Shown piece after piece: positions 51,321 to 62,651 of a stretch of 64,000 nt of DNA. Under the pieces are notes generated by a model, which was not told the DNA's origin, ran no database searches, and was given only the letters and a program-made list of their open reading frames with translations. Made by a program: the position numbers and the translations under genes. Position 1 is the stretch's first letter. Every line of letters starts with the position of its first letter. This DNA comes from Vulcanimicrobiota bacterium (GTDB taxonomy: Bacteria; Vulcanimicrobiota; Vulcanimicrobiia; Vulcanimicrobiales; Vulcanimicrobiaceae). The stretch is from positions 160,001 to 224,000 of the forward strand of contig CAWHWQ010000005.1 of NCBI GenBank assembly GCA_963833095.1, in the 5' to 3' direction.

Positions 51321-53542
51321 CGAGATCCGCAGCGGCGGATTCCAAGCGCATCGCGCCGCCGGCTCGTCTCTTCGCGAGTTCGCGGCTTCGCTCGGTCTCG
51401 CGCGGCGCTTGCCAGCGACGACACGTCGTGCTTCTTGTCGGCGCGCGCACTCGAAGCGCACGACGCCGCCGCGCTTGGTTTTCGCGACGACGTAGAGCCG
51501 CAGACCGGGCACGGCTGCGGGAACGACGCGATCCCACGAGACGAAGTCGCACTTCGGGATAGTTGGCGCAGCCGTAGAACGTGCGGCCCTTGCGCGACTT
51601 GCGCTCGACGATCATGCCGCCGTCCTTGGGACAGATCGCGCCGGTGTCTTTGAGGATCGGCTTCGTCGTCTTGCACTCGGGATAGCCCGTGCACGAGATG
51701 AACTTGCCGAAGCGGCCGGTCTTGATGACCATCGGCCGCTCGCAGTTCGGGCAGATCTCGTCGGTCGGCTCGTCGCGTTGATCTCGAGACTTCGGCAGCT
51801 TCTTCTCGGCGTCCTCGAGCTCGAGGGCGAACGGTCCGTAGAACGTCGCGCAGCACGCCGACCCAATCGGCCGTCGCCCTCGGCGACTTTGTCGAGATCG
51901 CCCTCCATCGCGGCCGTGAAGTCGAGATCGACGATGTCTTTGAAGTGCTCGGCCAGCAGGTCGTTGACTGCGATGCCGATCTCGGTCGGTGAAAGCGGCG
52001 CTCTTCTTGCGTCGACGTAGCCGCGAGCCTGAATCGTATCGACGATCGTGCAGTAGGTCGACGGGCCGGCCGATGCCGTTCTCTTCGAGCGCCTTCACCA
52101 GCGAGGCTTCGGTGTAGCGCGGCGGCGGCTCGGTGAAATGCTGCTTCGGGTCGATGCGCGCGGCGGTCGAGCGCATCGTCGCTCGAGCAATTCGGGCAAA
52201 CGCACGCGGGTCTTGCCTTTGCGGCGCGCCGTTGGTCTTGGCCGCAGCGTCGCCATTTTGCGCGTCTTCGTCTTTGCCTTCTTCATATACGCGGGTGAAG
52301 CCGGCGAACTTGCACGAGCTGCCGGTCGCGCGGAACGTGTAATCGCGCGGCGCTGATATCGACGGTCGTTTGGTCGAAGACCGCCGGCGCCATCTGCGAA
52401 GCGACGAAGCGCTCCCAGATCAGCGTGTACAGCCGCAGCTCGTCGCGTTTGAGCACGTGCGCGACGCTATCGGGCGTGCGAGAGACACGGTCGGGCGGAT
52501 CGCTTCGTGCGCGTCTTGCGCGCCTTCGCGCACTCTTGTACGGTCGCTCCACCGTGAAATTCTGCGCCGTAGGTCGCGGTCGATGAACTCGCGGGCCGCA
52601 TCGCGCGCCGAGTCGGCGATGCGCGTCGAGTCGGTACGCATGTAGGTGATCAGACCTTGGGTGCCGTCGGCCCCGCCCAGATCGACGCCTTCGTAAAGAG
52701 CCTGCGCGATCTGCATGGTGCGCCGGACGCGCAAGCGTCAACTTGCGCGAGGCCTCTTGCTGCAGGGTCGAGGTGGTGAACGGCGCCGGAGCGTTGCGGC
52801 GCACCTCGCGGCGCTTGACCGACGCGACCGAAAACGCCGCGCCTTCCAGAGCGCGCATCACCCCATCGGCCTGTTCTTGGTTGGTGATCTCCAGCTTCTC
52901 GCCACGATGCGAGACCAGATCTGCCGGGAAGACGATTGCCGGATCGCGCTCGGTCGCGAGCTGCGCGGTCACGGTCCAGTACTCGCGCGGAATGAAGGCC
53001 CTGATTTCGCGCTCGCGGTCGACGATCAGCCGGACGGCCACCGACTGCACGCGCCCGGCCGAGAGGCCGCCGCGGACCTTGGCCCAGAGCAGCGGCGAAA
53101 TTTTATAGCCGACCAGCCGGTCGAGAATGCGTCGCGCCTGCTGCGCGTTCACGCGATCCATATCGATCTGATGCGGGATTTGATTGCGGCGAGCGCCGCG
53201 TCTTTGGTGATCTCGTGAAGTTCGATCCGCTTGGGGTCTTGGAGCTTGAGCAGCTCGGCGAGATGCCATGCGATCGCTTCGCCTTCGCGGTCGGGGTCGG
53301 TCGCGAGGTAGACCTCGCTCGCGGCTTTCACCGCGCTCTTGAGCTCTTTGATGACGTCGCCCTTGCCCTTGATCGTCAGATATTTGGGCGTGAAATCGTG
53401 TTCCACGTCGACGCCGAGCGTGATCTTGGGCAGATCGCGCACGTGCCCGACCGACGCCTTGACCACGATACCGCGGCGGGAGAAACTTCTTGATCGTCCG
53501 CGCCTTCGTCGGCGACTCCACGATGATCAGGGGCTTTTTCAC
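51307..53542 (-). CDS. topA: Type IA DNA topoisomerase I, frameshifted (3' end approximate)
   Basis: [40 protein letters not shown]-terminal Zn ribbons. Confidence 0.93.
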
Positions 53543-53549
53543 GGGCCTA

Positions 53550-53579
53550 AGTATACTCCCGGGGTCAAGACCTGGGCAA
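53550..53579 (-). promoter_or_regulatory. Putative sigma70 promoter of topA (leaderless)
   Basis: TTGCCC-18 nt-TATACT, then 7 nt to the GTG start. Confidence 0.6.
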
Positions 53580-53592
53580 ACCCGCTGGGCCC

Positions 53593-53640
53593 TACGCGCA
53601 CGCGTATGTGCGCGCGTACGCGTGCGCGTACGTGCGCGCG
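53593..53640. repeat. 48-bp perfect alternating pyrimidine-purine tract (four imperfect 12-mers)
   Basis: TACGCGCACGCG TATGTGCGCGCG TACGCGTGCGCG TACGTGCGCGCG. Confidence 0.9.
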
Positions 53641-53642
53641 AT

Positions 53643-53671
53643 TTGCATGATGCGTCAAAATCCTTTATAGT
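53643..53671 (+). promoter_or_regulatory. Putative sigma70 promoter of the histone-like gene
   Basis: TTGCAT-17 nt-TATAGT. Confidence 0.7.
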
Positions 53672-53741
53672 GCGCTTAAAGCGCAATTCGTGCGCTGTCC
53701 AAATAACGCTGTTCGTCCCCCCGGGGGACGAGGAGGAATGA

Positions 53742-54134
53742 ATGGACTCCGATACCATGATGAACGGCGAGACAATGGCCGAGGCTAAGAAGCCGCGCCG
53801 TAAAGCTCGCCGCAAAAAGGCCGGGACGGCCAAAAAGGCAGCCGGCGGACGCAAGAAAGCGACGCGAAAGAAAGCTGCCGGCGGACGCAAGAAGTCCACG
53901 CGAAAGAAGGCCGCAGGCGGACGCAAGAAGGCGACGCGCAAGAAGGCTGGACGCAAAAAGGCCGGCGGACGTAAGAAGAAAGCCGGCGGACGCAAGAAAA
54001 AAGCCGGCACGCGCAAGAAAGCCGCTGGACGTAAGAAAGCCGGCGGACGCAAGAAAAAGGCCGTCGGACGCAAGAAGACCGCTGGACGCAAAAAGGCCGG
54101 CGGGCGCAAGAAGACCCGGAAGAAAAAAGCCTAG
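53742..54134 (+). CDS. Histone H1-like (Hc2/AlgP-type) Lys/Arg/Ala/Gly-rich protein
   Basis: AGGAGG RBS; tandem KKA(A)GGRKK units with synonymous codon variation; own promoter and terminator. Confidence 0.82.
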   Translation: MDSDTMMNGETMAEAKKPRRKARRKKAGTAKKAAGGRKKATRKKAAGGRKKSTRKKAAGGRKKATRKKAGRKKAGGRKKKAGGRKKKAGTRKKAAGRKKAGGRKKKAVGRKKTAGRKKAGGRKKTRKKKA

Positions 54135-54169
54135 CGTTTTGACGCGCTCATCACCCTAGCTTTTAATGA

Positions 54170-54198
54170 AGGCGGACGAAAGTCCGCCTGATTTTTTT
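54170..54198 (+). terminator. Rho-independent terminator
   Basis: AGGCGGAC-GAAA-GTCCGCCT-GA-TTTTTTT. Confidence 0.75.
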
Positions 54199-54200
54199 CT

Positions 54201-54410
54201 TGCCGCACGATGCGGCTGAAGGTTCGGAGCACAGGATGTGCGACCGCCGAAGGCGGCCGAATCGTCTTATGCCGCACGATGCGGCTGAAGGTTCGGAGCA
54301 CAGGATGTGCGACCGCCGAAGGCGGCCGAATCGTCTTATGCCGCACGATGCGGCTGAAGGTTCGGAGCACAGGATGTGCGACCGCCGAAGGCGGCCGAAT
54401 CGTCTTATGC
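54201..54410. repeat. Three identical tandem 69-bp multi-hairpin repeats
   Basis: Units start at 54201, 54270 and 54339. Confidence 0.92.
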
Positions 54411-55190
54411 TATCTGTTGTTCGACGCCGCCGTCGAGCCGGACGATGAAGGTGTGCACGTCGGCATTGAAGCTCCACTCGTGTATCAGAAGCCCGGCGGA
54501 TTCGAGCCCAATTCCCAGGCGTGAACGTCCGAGTACGAACTGCGGTGACGTGCTCGGCGCGGTGCACGCAACGGTCCCGTTCCATGGGTGCATCAGGACC
54601 GTGTGCAGATGCCCGGCAATGATGCGAGCGATCTGTGGATGGGCCCGCACGACGCCAGCCAGGCCGTTGACGTTCTCAAACCCATACGCATCGAGGCCCG
54701 GCAGGCCGGTGCGAAAGGGCGGGTGATGCATCGCTAAGATCGTCGGCCGTCGCGGGTGGGCACGCAGCTCAGCGTCGAGCCAAGCAAGACGTTCATCGTC
54801 GACGAATCCGCCAGCGCGACCCGGGGTCGTGGAATCTAGGCCGATGATGCGCAGCGGCCACGCCTCGATCGCGAAGCTCGCGTGCGATGCGAACGTCCCC
54901 AAATAACGATGATCGCGAAAGGCCCGGCGGAGCGATTCGCGATCATCATGGTTTCCTGGAATCAAAAAGTGCGGAATCTCGAGCCGCCCGAGGATCGACC
55001 GCAATCGTCGATACTCGTGCGGCGAACCTCTTTCGGTGAGGTCGCCCGTTGCGAGGACGATGTCGGGCCGAGGCTGCATTGCGTGCAAGCGGGCAATCGT
55101 GCGGCGAAGGTAGTCGGCCGTATTGGGCATGTGGTGCAGCACGTGCCCGCGGCGGCGAATATGCAGATCCGAAATTTGCGCGACGATCAC
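54405..55190 (-). CDS. Metallophosphoesterase (CpdA/GpdQ-like phosphodiesterase)
   Basis: SDLH, TGDL, PGNHD, MHHPP, AGHLH. Confidence 0.9.
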   Translation of the reverse strand: MIVAQISDLHIRRRGHVLHHMPNTADYLRRTIARLHAMQPRPDIVLATGDLTERGSPHEYRRLRSILGRLEIPHFLIPGNHDDRESLRRAFRDHRYLGTFASHASFAIEAWPLRIIGLDSTTPGRAGGFVDDERLAWLDAELRAHPRRPTILAMHHPPFRTGLPGLDAYGFENVNGLAGVVRAHPQIARIIAGHLHTVLMHPWNGTVACTAPSTSPQFVLGRSRLGIGLESAGLLIHEWSFNADVHTFIVRLDGGVEQQIA

Positions 55191-55224
55191 AAGACGAGCA
55201 TATCGTCCGCGCCTTATCCCGGAA

Positions 55225-56250
<1,026 letters not shown>

Positions 56251-56254
<4 letters not shown>

Positions 56255-57275
56255 GGCGACCTCCGGTGACGCGGGGCGTCCTCGAGCTGCGCTGACCCTC
56301 GGCGCGTTCGTCGTAGAGGCAACAGCGCGCCACGTGGCCCTCCGAAATCATAGAGCGCAACCGGCTCGGCGCAGATCGGCATACGCGCATCGCAGCGCGG
56401 CGCGAAAGCGCAGCCCGGCGGCAAGTTGAGCAGATTCGGCGGTTGACCTTTGATCGGCTCCAGACGGCGCTGCGTGGAATCGTCTAGTCGCGGAAGCGAC
56501 GCGAGCAATCCTTGCGTGTACGGCATCTTGGGTTGGTGGAAGATTTGGTCGGCGGTGCCGTATTCCACCATGTTGCCGCCGTACATCACCAGCACGTTCT
56601 TGCAGACTTCGGCGACCACGCCGAGATCGTGGGTGATCAGGATGATCGCCGCACCGGTTTCCGCTTGCATCTCGTTCATCAGCTCGAGAATTTGCGCTTG
56701 GATCGTGACGTCGAGCGCGGTCGTCGGTTCGTCGGCGATCAGCACTTGCGGATTGCAGGACAGGGCCATGGCGATCATCACTCGCTGGCGCATGCCGCCG
56801 GAAAACTGGTGCGGATAGTCGTCGATGCGTCGCTCGGGCGCCGGAATGCGCACTTTGCCGCAGCATCTCGACGGCCTTGTCGCGCGATTCCTTGCGCGAA
56901 TAAGCCAAGATGCAGCCGCACAGCTTCGGCGATCTGCTCGCCGACGGTCAGCACCGGATTGAGCGAGGTCATCGGGTCTTGGAAGATCATCGCGATCTCG
57001 TGGCCGCGAATCTTGCGCATCTGCGGCTTCGCTCTTTGTCAGCAAGTCTTCGCCCTCGAAGAGCATCCCGTCGCTCGATCCCGGTCGCGTTGCGTGAACA
57101 GGAGTCGCATGATCGATAGCGAGGTCACCGATTTTCCTGATCCCGATTCGCCGACGATGCCGAGCGTCTTGCCGGCTTCGAGCGAAAACGACAGCCCGTT
57201 GACGGCCGTCACCGGCCCATCTTCCGTACGAAAGGTCGTACGGAGATTCCGGACATCGAGCAGCGGCTGACAGCG
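56251..57275 (-). CDS. Oligo/dipeptide ABC transporter ATPase (OppD/DppD-like), frameshifted, start approximate
   Basis: [35 protein letters not shown]. Confidence 0.88.
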
Positions 57276-57278
57276 AGT

Positions 57279-57643
57279 TCAGATCCCCGTTAATGAGAGA
57301 AAGAGCGGGTCAGAACAAACACGACCGCGGCGAACCCGGTGACGCGCTTGATCTGTCCTCGCACCCGAGCCGGCCGCGTAGGCCGAATCGACGCGGCCGC
57401 CGATCGTGCCCGAAAGTCCCTCTTGTTTCGTCGTTTGCACCGCGAGCAGCACGACGAGTCGCGACGGCCGCGATGACAAATAGGCCGGCGAGCCCGTGGG
57501 TCAGCCACGCAGCGTGCGCTTGCAGTGCCGACTGCGGCTGCCACCGCCGGCGGCGGAAGTTGGATGGTTTGGGCGGGTGGAGCGGCTGCTTTCGCGGCGG
57601 CTTGGGGACCGCCGTTCGCTACAGCGGCGAACAAAAAGGTCAA
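57279..57643 (-). CDS. secG: Preprotein translocase subunit SecG, frameshifted
   Basis: [18 protein letters not shown] loop between two hydrophobic segments; AGGAG RBS before TTG 57643. Confidence 0.7.
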
Positions 57644-57659
57644 CGACGTATCTCCTGAT

Positions 57660-59566
57660 GCTCGGTCGAGCGCGCGCGCGAGCCGCTCCGCGATTGCTTG
57701 CGCGGTCAGCCCGAACAGCGCGCGTTGACTGGGCTGCGTGTCGTGATGCACCAGCACGTCGGCGACGCCGATCGCGCTCGACCCGGACTTGAAGGCCCGA
57801 ATCCGACACCTTCTCTACCACCGCCGAACCGAAGCCGCCTGCGAGCGAATGTTCCTCCAACGTGAGAAAAGCGCATGGTCTCGGCCAGCTCGAGGATCAG
57901 CGTCTCGTCGAGCGGCTTGGCGAAGCGCGTGTTGACGACGGTCGGGAGCCGGTCCGAACGGCCGAATCGTCGCTAGCAGCAATCGTAGGCGTCGAGCGCG
58001 GCGTCGACGGTATTGCCCAGCGCGAGGATCGCCACCCGCTGCCGCGTGCGCAGCACTTCGGCTCGCCCGTCCACGATCGGCGCGAGCGGATCGTCCCATG
58101 GCGGCCGCTTGTGCGAACCGCGCGGATAGCGCATCGCGGCCGGGCCGTCGCGAGTCAGCGCGTGCGTCGAGCATCGGCGAGCACTTCGTCTTCGTTGCGC
58201 GGCGCCATCACCGTCATGTTCGGCAGCGTGCGCAAATACGCGATGTCGTAGAGACCCATGTGCGTCGGACCGTCGTCACCGACGAATCCGGCCCGATCCA
58301 TGCCGAACACGACCGGCAGATTTTGCACGCCACGTCGTGCACGATCTGATCGTAGGCGCGCTGCAAGAACGTCGAGTAGATCGCGCAGACCGGCTTGAAG
58401 TCCGCTGGTCGCCGCGCCCGCGGCGAAGCACACCGCGTGCGCTTCGGCGATGCCGACGTCGAAGATACGCGCTCGGGGAACGCCTTGGCGAATTTCGCGA
58501 GCTCCGTGCCGTCGGGCATGGCCGCCGTGATGCGCGATCACTTTCGGATCGGTCTGCGCGACGAGTCGATCAGCGCATCGGCGAAGGCATCCGAGAACGT
58601 CGGTCGCGCGCCGGGCTTGATCTCGAGCTTGCCGTTCTCGACGTCGAATAGACCGAGACGCCGTGGAACGTGCGCGCAGTCGTTCTCGGCCGGCTCGAAG
58701 CCTTTGCCTTTGACCGTGCGCACGTGCAGCAGCACCGGACCGGTCGATGCTCTTGCGCGCGTTTCGAGCGACGTCGCACAGCGCGTCGATAGTCGTGGCC
58801 GTCGATCGGGCCGATGTAGCGGAAGCCCATTTCCTCGAAGATCACCGCCGTCTTGTCGTCGGGCGAAACGAAACTCATGGCGCCCAGTTTCGGCCTTGCA
58901 GAACGCTTTGCGCGCCGTGCCGCCGAACGGCACGTGGCCGAAGACGTCTTTGGCCTTTTCGCGCGCGAAGTTGGCCAACGGCTTCGTGCGCAGCACCGAG
59001 AGATACGAGGCGATCGAGCCGACGTTGGGCGCGATCGACATCTCGTTATCGTTGAGGATCACGATGAAGTTGGTCTTCATCTGCCCGGCGTTGTTGATCG
59101 CTTCATAGGCCAGGCCGCCGGTGAGCGCGCCGTCGCCGATCACCGCAACGACCGTTTCCTCGCCGCCGCGCAGATCGCGCGCCGTCGCCATGCCGAGCGC
59201 CGCCGAGATCGACGTCGAAGCATGTCCCGCGCCGAACGGATCGAACTCCGATTCGCTGCGCATCGCGAAGCCGGAGACGCCGCCGCCTTGGCGCAGCGTG
59301 TCGAACTCGCTCGCGCCCGGCCGGTGAGCATCTTGTGCACGTACGACTGGTGGCTGAACGTCCCACACCAACTTGTCGCTGGCGCATGTCGAGCACGCGG
59401 TGCAGGGCCATCGTCAGTTCGACGACGCCCAGGTTCGGCGCGAGATGGCCGCCGTTGACGGCACAGACCTGGATCAGGACATTGCGGATTTCTTTGGCGA
59501 GGTGGTCGATCTCCGTGCGGCTCAGGCCGCTCAGATCGGCGGGCGATCCCGAGACGTTCGAGACAT
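57660..59566 (-). CDS. dxs: 1-deoxy-D-xylulose-5-phosphate synthase, frameshifted (limits approximate)
   Basis: [55 protein letters not shown]. Confidence 0.92.
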
Positions 59567-59625
59567 GGACCGCTTTTCGACGCCGCGAACGCGAAGCCCG
59601 TGCAAGCTCCAGGAAGCCTCGGATG

Positions 59626-60269
59626 CATGACCGCCGCCGATCCCGCTCCGCGTCCGGACCCGAAGTCTGGACCGACCTCGCGCGCATCTTCTCGACGGTC
59701 TGCAACCCGTTCCTGACGGCGCTTGCTGCTCTTCGTCATCCTGGCGGGCGCCCGCTCGCGGACCAACACCGATTTCTGGTGTGCTGCTCTGCAACAGCGA
59801 CGTTCTTCACCTCGATCGGGCCGATGCTCTACGTCTTCTGGCTCTACGCGAGCGACCGCATCTCCGACCTCGACATGTCGAGTCGCGAGGAACGCGAGCA
59901 CGTCTTCGTGCGCGTTCGTGATCTTCTATCGTCTTCGGCACGATCGATCTGTGGCTGATCGGCGCGCCGCGCATGATCATCGCCGCGATGGCCGGCTATA
60001 CCGCTCTCGACGCTCGTCGTGCAGTGGATCACGCGCTATTGGAAGATCTCCACGCACGCGCTCGGCATCACCGCGCCGCTGGTCGCGCTGTGCGTGATCT
60101 AGGGAACGCGCCGCTGCCCGTTTCTGGTCCTGATCCCGATCGTGTGCTGGGCGCGCGTCTACCTGCGAGCTCACACGCTGCGCAGGTGATCGCCGGTGCC
60201 GCGCTCGCAACGGTCTCAACGATCCTCTTTTTTCACATCTTTCACGTCGGTGCAACGGTCGCCATCTAG
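59626..60269 (+). CDS. PAP2-like membrane protein, frameshifted
   Basis: ISDLD...RE, WKISTHA, WARVYL..HT..QVIAG across frames. Confidence 0.6.
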
Positions 60270-61438
60270 TCGCCGGCGCCTGCGGGCGCAAGCAATTCGA
60301 ATGCCCCTTGGGCCGCGATGCGCTCGCCCGGCTTGAGGCCTGCGCCGACCAGGGCAGTCGTTCCGTTCTCGTGCCGGACGCTCACGATCGCCTGGGTGAA
60401 TTTGAACGAGCCGTCCTTTTGACGCTGTTGCGAAAACACGACGTCGTCGCCGGTCTGCGGATCGGCGACGATCGCAATCTGCGGAACCAGCAGCCCGGCG
60501 ACGCGCGCAACCGTGACGCGCGCGCGAACCGCCGCTCCAGCCGAAGCATTCGGCGGGAGACCGCCGACGATGACGGTCGCCGTCTGCGTCGTAGGATCGA
60601 GGGCGCGCACGACGGCGGTGACGCGCCCGCGAGCGCGGACCGTCAATCCGGTGATTGCGAGATCGACGGCATCGCCGATTTGAATTTGGTCTGCGTCACT
60701 CGAGGGAACGCGCAGCGTCGCCTCGTTTTGGATGTTCGGGCCAACAATCACGACGGCCGTTCCCGGATCGACCGGTTCGCCCGGGCGATGTAGTATTGCT
60801 GTGACGATGCCGTCTGAGGGGCTGCGCAGCGTTGCGCGATTGAGATCGCTTTGCGCGAGTGCCGCTTTGGCAGCAGCGCTGGCCGCCTGCGCTTGCGCAG
60901 CCGTTCGTAGTGCGCCCGCGCTTTGCGCGTCCGCCGAATCGGTTGCGAGCGTCGCGCGCGCATCCTGCACATCTTTGAGCGCCACGACACCGGCGCGATA
61001 GAGCCGTTCTTCGCGCGCGGCGGCGCTTCGATCTGCCTCAACGCGTTGCTGGTACCGATTGACCGCAGCGGCCGCCGCCGAAGCGGTCGCGGCACGCGCA
61101 TCATCCTCCGCGCCTTGTGCCTCCAGCGCCAGCGGCTCGAGATCGAGCGCTGCCAAGGCTTCGCCAGCGCTCACGCGATCGCCGACGCGCACATAGACGC
61201 GACGCAACACCCCCGAATTCGCAAAGGCGAGTTGCGATGTCCCGGCGGTGGGCGACCCGACGAATCCACCCTCATCGAGGACGACCGTAAACTCACCCTC
61301 ACGCACCGTGGCGAGCGCTACCGCGGGCGTCATCTCGCGTTGCGCTGCGTCCGAACCGCCGCGGTGCATGACGAGCCAGGCGGCGATGCCGAGCGCGAGA
61401 ACGGTGCCACCTGTGACGTACCAGTATTGCCTACGCAT
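60266..61438 (-). CDS. RND efflux periplasmic adaptor (MFP)
   Basis: N-terminal TM, VRVGDRVSAG, LRSPSDG, GLKPGE. Confidence 0.88.
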   Translation of the reverse strand: MRRQYWYVTGGTVLALGIAAWLVMHRGGSDAAQREMTPAVALATVREGEFTVVLDEGGFVGSPTAGTSQLAFANSGVLRRVYVRVGDRVSAGEALAALDLEPLALEAQGAEDDARAATASAAAAAVNRYQQRVEADRSAAAREERLYRAGVVALKDVQDARATLATDSADAQSAGALRTAAQAQAASAAAKAALAQSDLNRATLRSPSDGIVTAILHRPGEPVDPGTAVVIVGPNIQNEATLRVPSSDADQIQIGDAVDLAITGLTVRARGRVTAVVRALDPTTQTATVIVGGLPPNASAGAAVRARVTVARVAGLLVPQIAIVADPQTGDDVVFSQQRQKDGSFKFTQAIVSVRHENGTTALVGAGLKPGERIAAQGAFELLAPAGAGD

Positions 61439-62651
61439 GTTCGTCTCCCATCAACATCTGCAGCGTCGCTTGCGCGCGCACGACGTCGTAATATGCCGAA
61501 AGCTCCGCGACGAGTGCCGCGACGTATGTCGTTCGCGCCGATTCGACGTCGAGACTGGAGCTCGCGCCGCTTCGATAGCCGATCTGCGTCGCATCGTATT
61601 CGGCTTTGGCTTCGCGCAGGGCGCGCTCTGCGGCGGCGAGAGCTACGCCCTGAGCAGTCTGCGTCCGCACCGCGGCACCAACCGAAACGGTGATGCTACG
61701 GCGAACTTTTTCCAGCTGCGCCTTGGCCTGCGCAAGGCGAGCTTCTTCCGCGACGACGCGGTCATGGGCGGCGCCTCCCAGCGGAACCGTCATCGTCACA
61801 TTGGCGCTCGGACCGGAAACCTTGATCCCGGTATCGACGCCGGTCGTGTATCCACCGGCCAGCGTCAGCGCCGGAATACCGGCGCGCTTCGCAACGTCGA
61901 CTGCGTGCGTCTCGGCTTCGACGTCGGCCTGAGCCGACGCGACTTCCGGGCGCGACGCGAGCGCCTGGCGAACGGCGGCATTCACGTCGTACGGAACCAG
62001 CGGCGGTATCGGCTCGTCGCGTGACGTCGCGACCAGCGTGACGGTATCGACTGCCGTTTCGAGCGCCAGAGCATCGGTCGCGTTCTGCGCATCGGCCGCA
62101 GCGCGAGCAAGGTCCGCCTGCGCGTTAGCGAGTGCAACCGCGGCGCGCACCTCGTCGAGCCGCGGTGCATCACCGGCGCTAAAGCGCAGATGGGCCGCGC
62201 GAAGCTGCGCTTGCGCATCGCGCACCGCCGCCGTACGAGCGTCCGCCGCCGCGAGCGCGTCAAGGGCGCCATAGTAATACCCGATGACGGCCACGCGCTC
62301 GTTGCGACGCGCGTCGTCGAAGTCGAACTGCGCGACGCGCAGCGATGCGTCGGCCTGCGCGATTGCCGGCGATGCCGCGAAGAGATCGCCGAGCGCGATC
62401 GTTGCTCCAAACGTCGTGAGCCGCTGCGCGACGACTTGGCCCAGATCGCCGCCTTGCGGCGCTTCGGCGTAGGCGGCAGTAAGCGAGGGCGCGTACTGCG
62501 CGCGAGCGGCATCGAACAGCGCCTGCGCTTCGTCGACCTTGGCACGCGCCATCGCAACGTCCGGCGAATGGGCGATTGCGGCGCGCTGCGCATCGTCGAG
62601 CGTGAGCCGGCCAAACGACGCGACGACCACCGCCAAGAGCAGATGGATCAT
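61431..62651 (-). CDS. TolC-family outer membrane factor
   Basis: LTLDDA..AIAHSPD, two helical repeats (RFSAG, GYRSG); ATG 62651 overlaps permease stop. Confidence 0.85.
   Translation of the reverse strand: MIHLLLAVVVASFGRLTLDDAQRAAIAHSPDVAMARAKVDEAQALFDAARAQYAPSLTAAYAEAPQGGDLGQVVAQRLTTFGATIALGDLFAASPAIAQADASLRVAQFDFDDARRNERVAVIGYYYGALDALAAADARTAAVRDAQAQLRAAHLRFSAGDAPRLDEVRAAVALANAQADLARAAADAQNATDALALETAVDTVTLVATSRDEPIPPLVPYDVNAAVRQALASRPEVASAQADVEAETHAVDVAKRAGIPALTLAGGYTTGVDTGIKVSGPSANVTMTVPLGGAAHDRVVAEEARLAQAKAQLEKVRRSITVSVGAAVRTQTAQGVALAAAERALREAKAEYDATQIGYRSGASSSLDVESARTTYVAALVAELSAYYDVVRAQATLQMLMGDEHA

Noticed and set aside
52283..54109. 608-aa minus-strand ORF with PPAFLR repeats fused to topA
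   Set aside because: It is the antisense of the K/R-rich gene plus the intergenic region; topA has its own GTG and promoter at 53542.
54201..54410. CRISPR array
   Set aside because: Units are fully identical with no unique spacers, and no cas genes are present.
54131..54585. Repeat-peptide ORFs over the 69-bp array
   Set aside because: Open frames follow from a unit length divisible by three; no RBS or protein-like features.
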